Assembly: GCA_013265495.1 (NCBI GenBank)
Contig: MU058009.1
Coordinates: 1 to 64,000 of the forward strand
Reading direction: 5' to 3'
Source of the DNA: Vicugna vicugna
Lineage: Eukaryota
DNA: 64,000 nt
Shown: piece by piece, positions 63,801 through 64,000 of the stretch
Numbering within the stretch: the stretch's first letter is position 1
How the letters are laid out: the number at the start of each line of letters is the position of its first letter
The notes under the pieces: model-generated
Database searches by the model: none
What the model was told of the DNA's origin: nothing
What the model saw: only the letters and a program-made list of their open reading frames with translations
Program-made: the position numbers and the translations under genes

Positions 63801-64000
63801 GCTGTTCAAGGTCACAGAGTGACACTCCCCCAGGCAGGGGCTGCCTCAGGAGGAATCCTGGGCCTCCCTGGCGCTCCCTCTCACCCTGCCCCTGTCTGTC
63901 CTTTCTCTGAGGTCCTGCTCTATCCTCCAGGTTCCAAGATCCCCTTCCCTGTCCTGCTGCTCCTGGACCCGCTTGTCCGACTGAGAGGGTGTGTGGGGGC

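Overview
Mammalian (eukaryotic) genomic DNA, most likely a camelid, judged from five copies of a tRNA-derived SINE resembling the camelid Vic-1 type. The window matches the conserved TIRAP-DCPS-ST3GAL4 block, all on the + strand. TIRAP/MAL CDS joins 6806-6872, 8417-9058 and 9986-10005 (242 aa). DCPS has 6 coding exons between 17006 and 49930 (337 aa, intact HIT motif). A CpG island at about 57150-57800 with a non-coding first exon is assigned to ST3GAL4 by gene order only. The rest is intron or intergenic DNA with L1, MIR, MER/Tigger and LTR relics; most ORFs in the supplied track are spurious. Best leads: (1) a ~345-bp inverted repeat 3' of DCPS whose mismatches are strongly biased toward G.U wobble pairs on the + strand, suggesting a selected long-range RNA duplex; (2) a (GGC)13 tract in TIRAP read as poly-Gly, and as 25 Ala in a spliced 184-aa overlapping ORF opened by upstream AUGs; (3) a duplicated G-quadruplex motif plus splice donor for a divergent GSEC-like antisense RNA; (4) substitutions at functionally studied residues of TIRAP (C174R) and DCPS (K138A, R145H). 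Comparisons to human proteins and repeat consensus sequences are from memory and need database confirmation.
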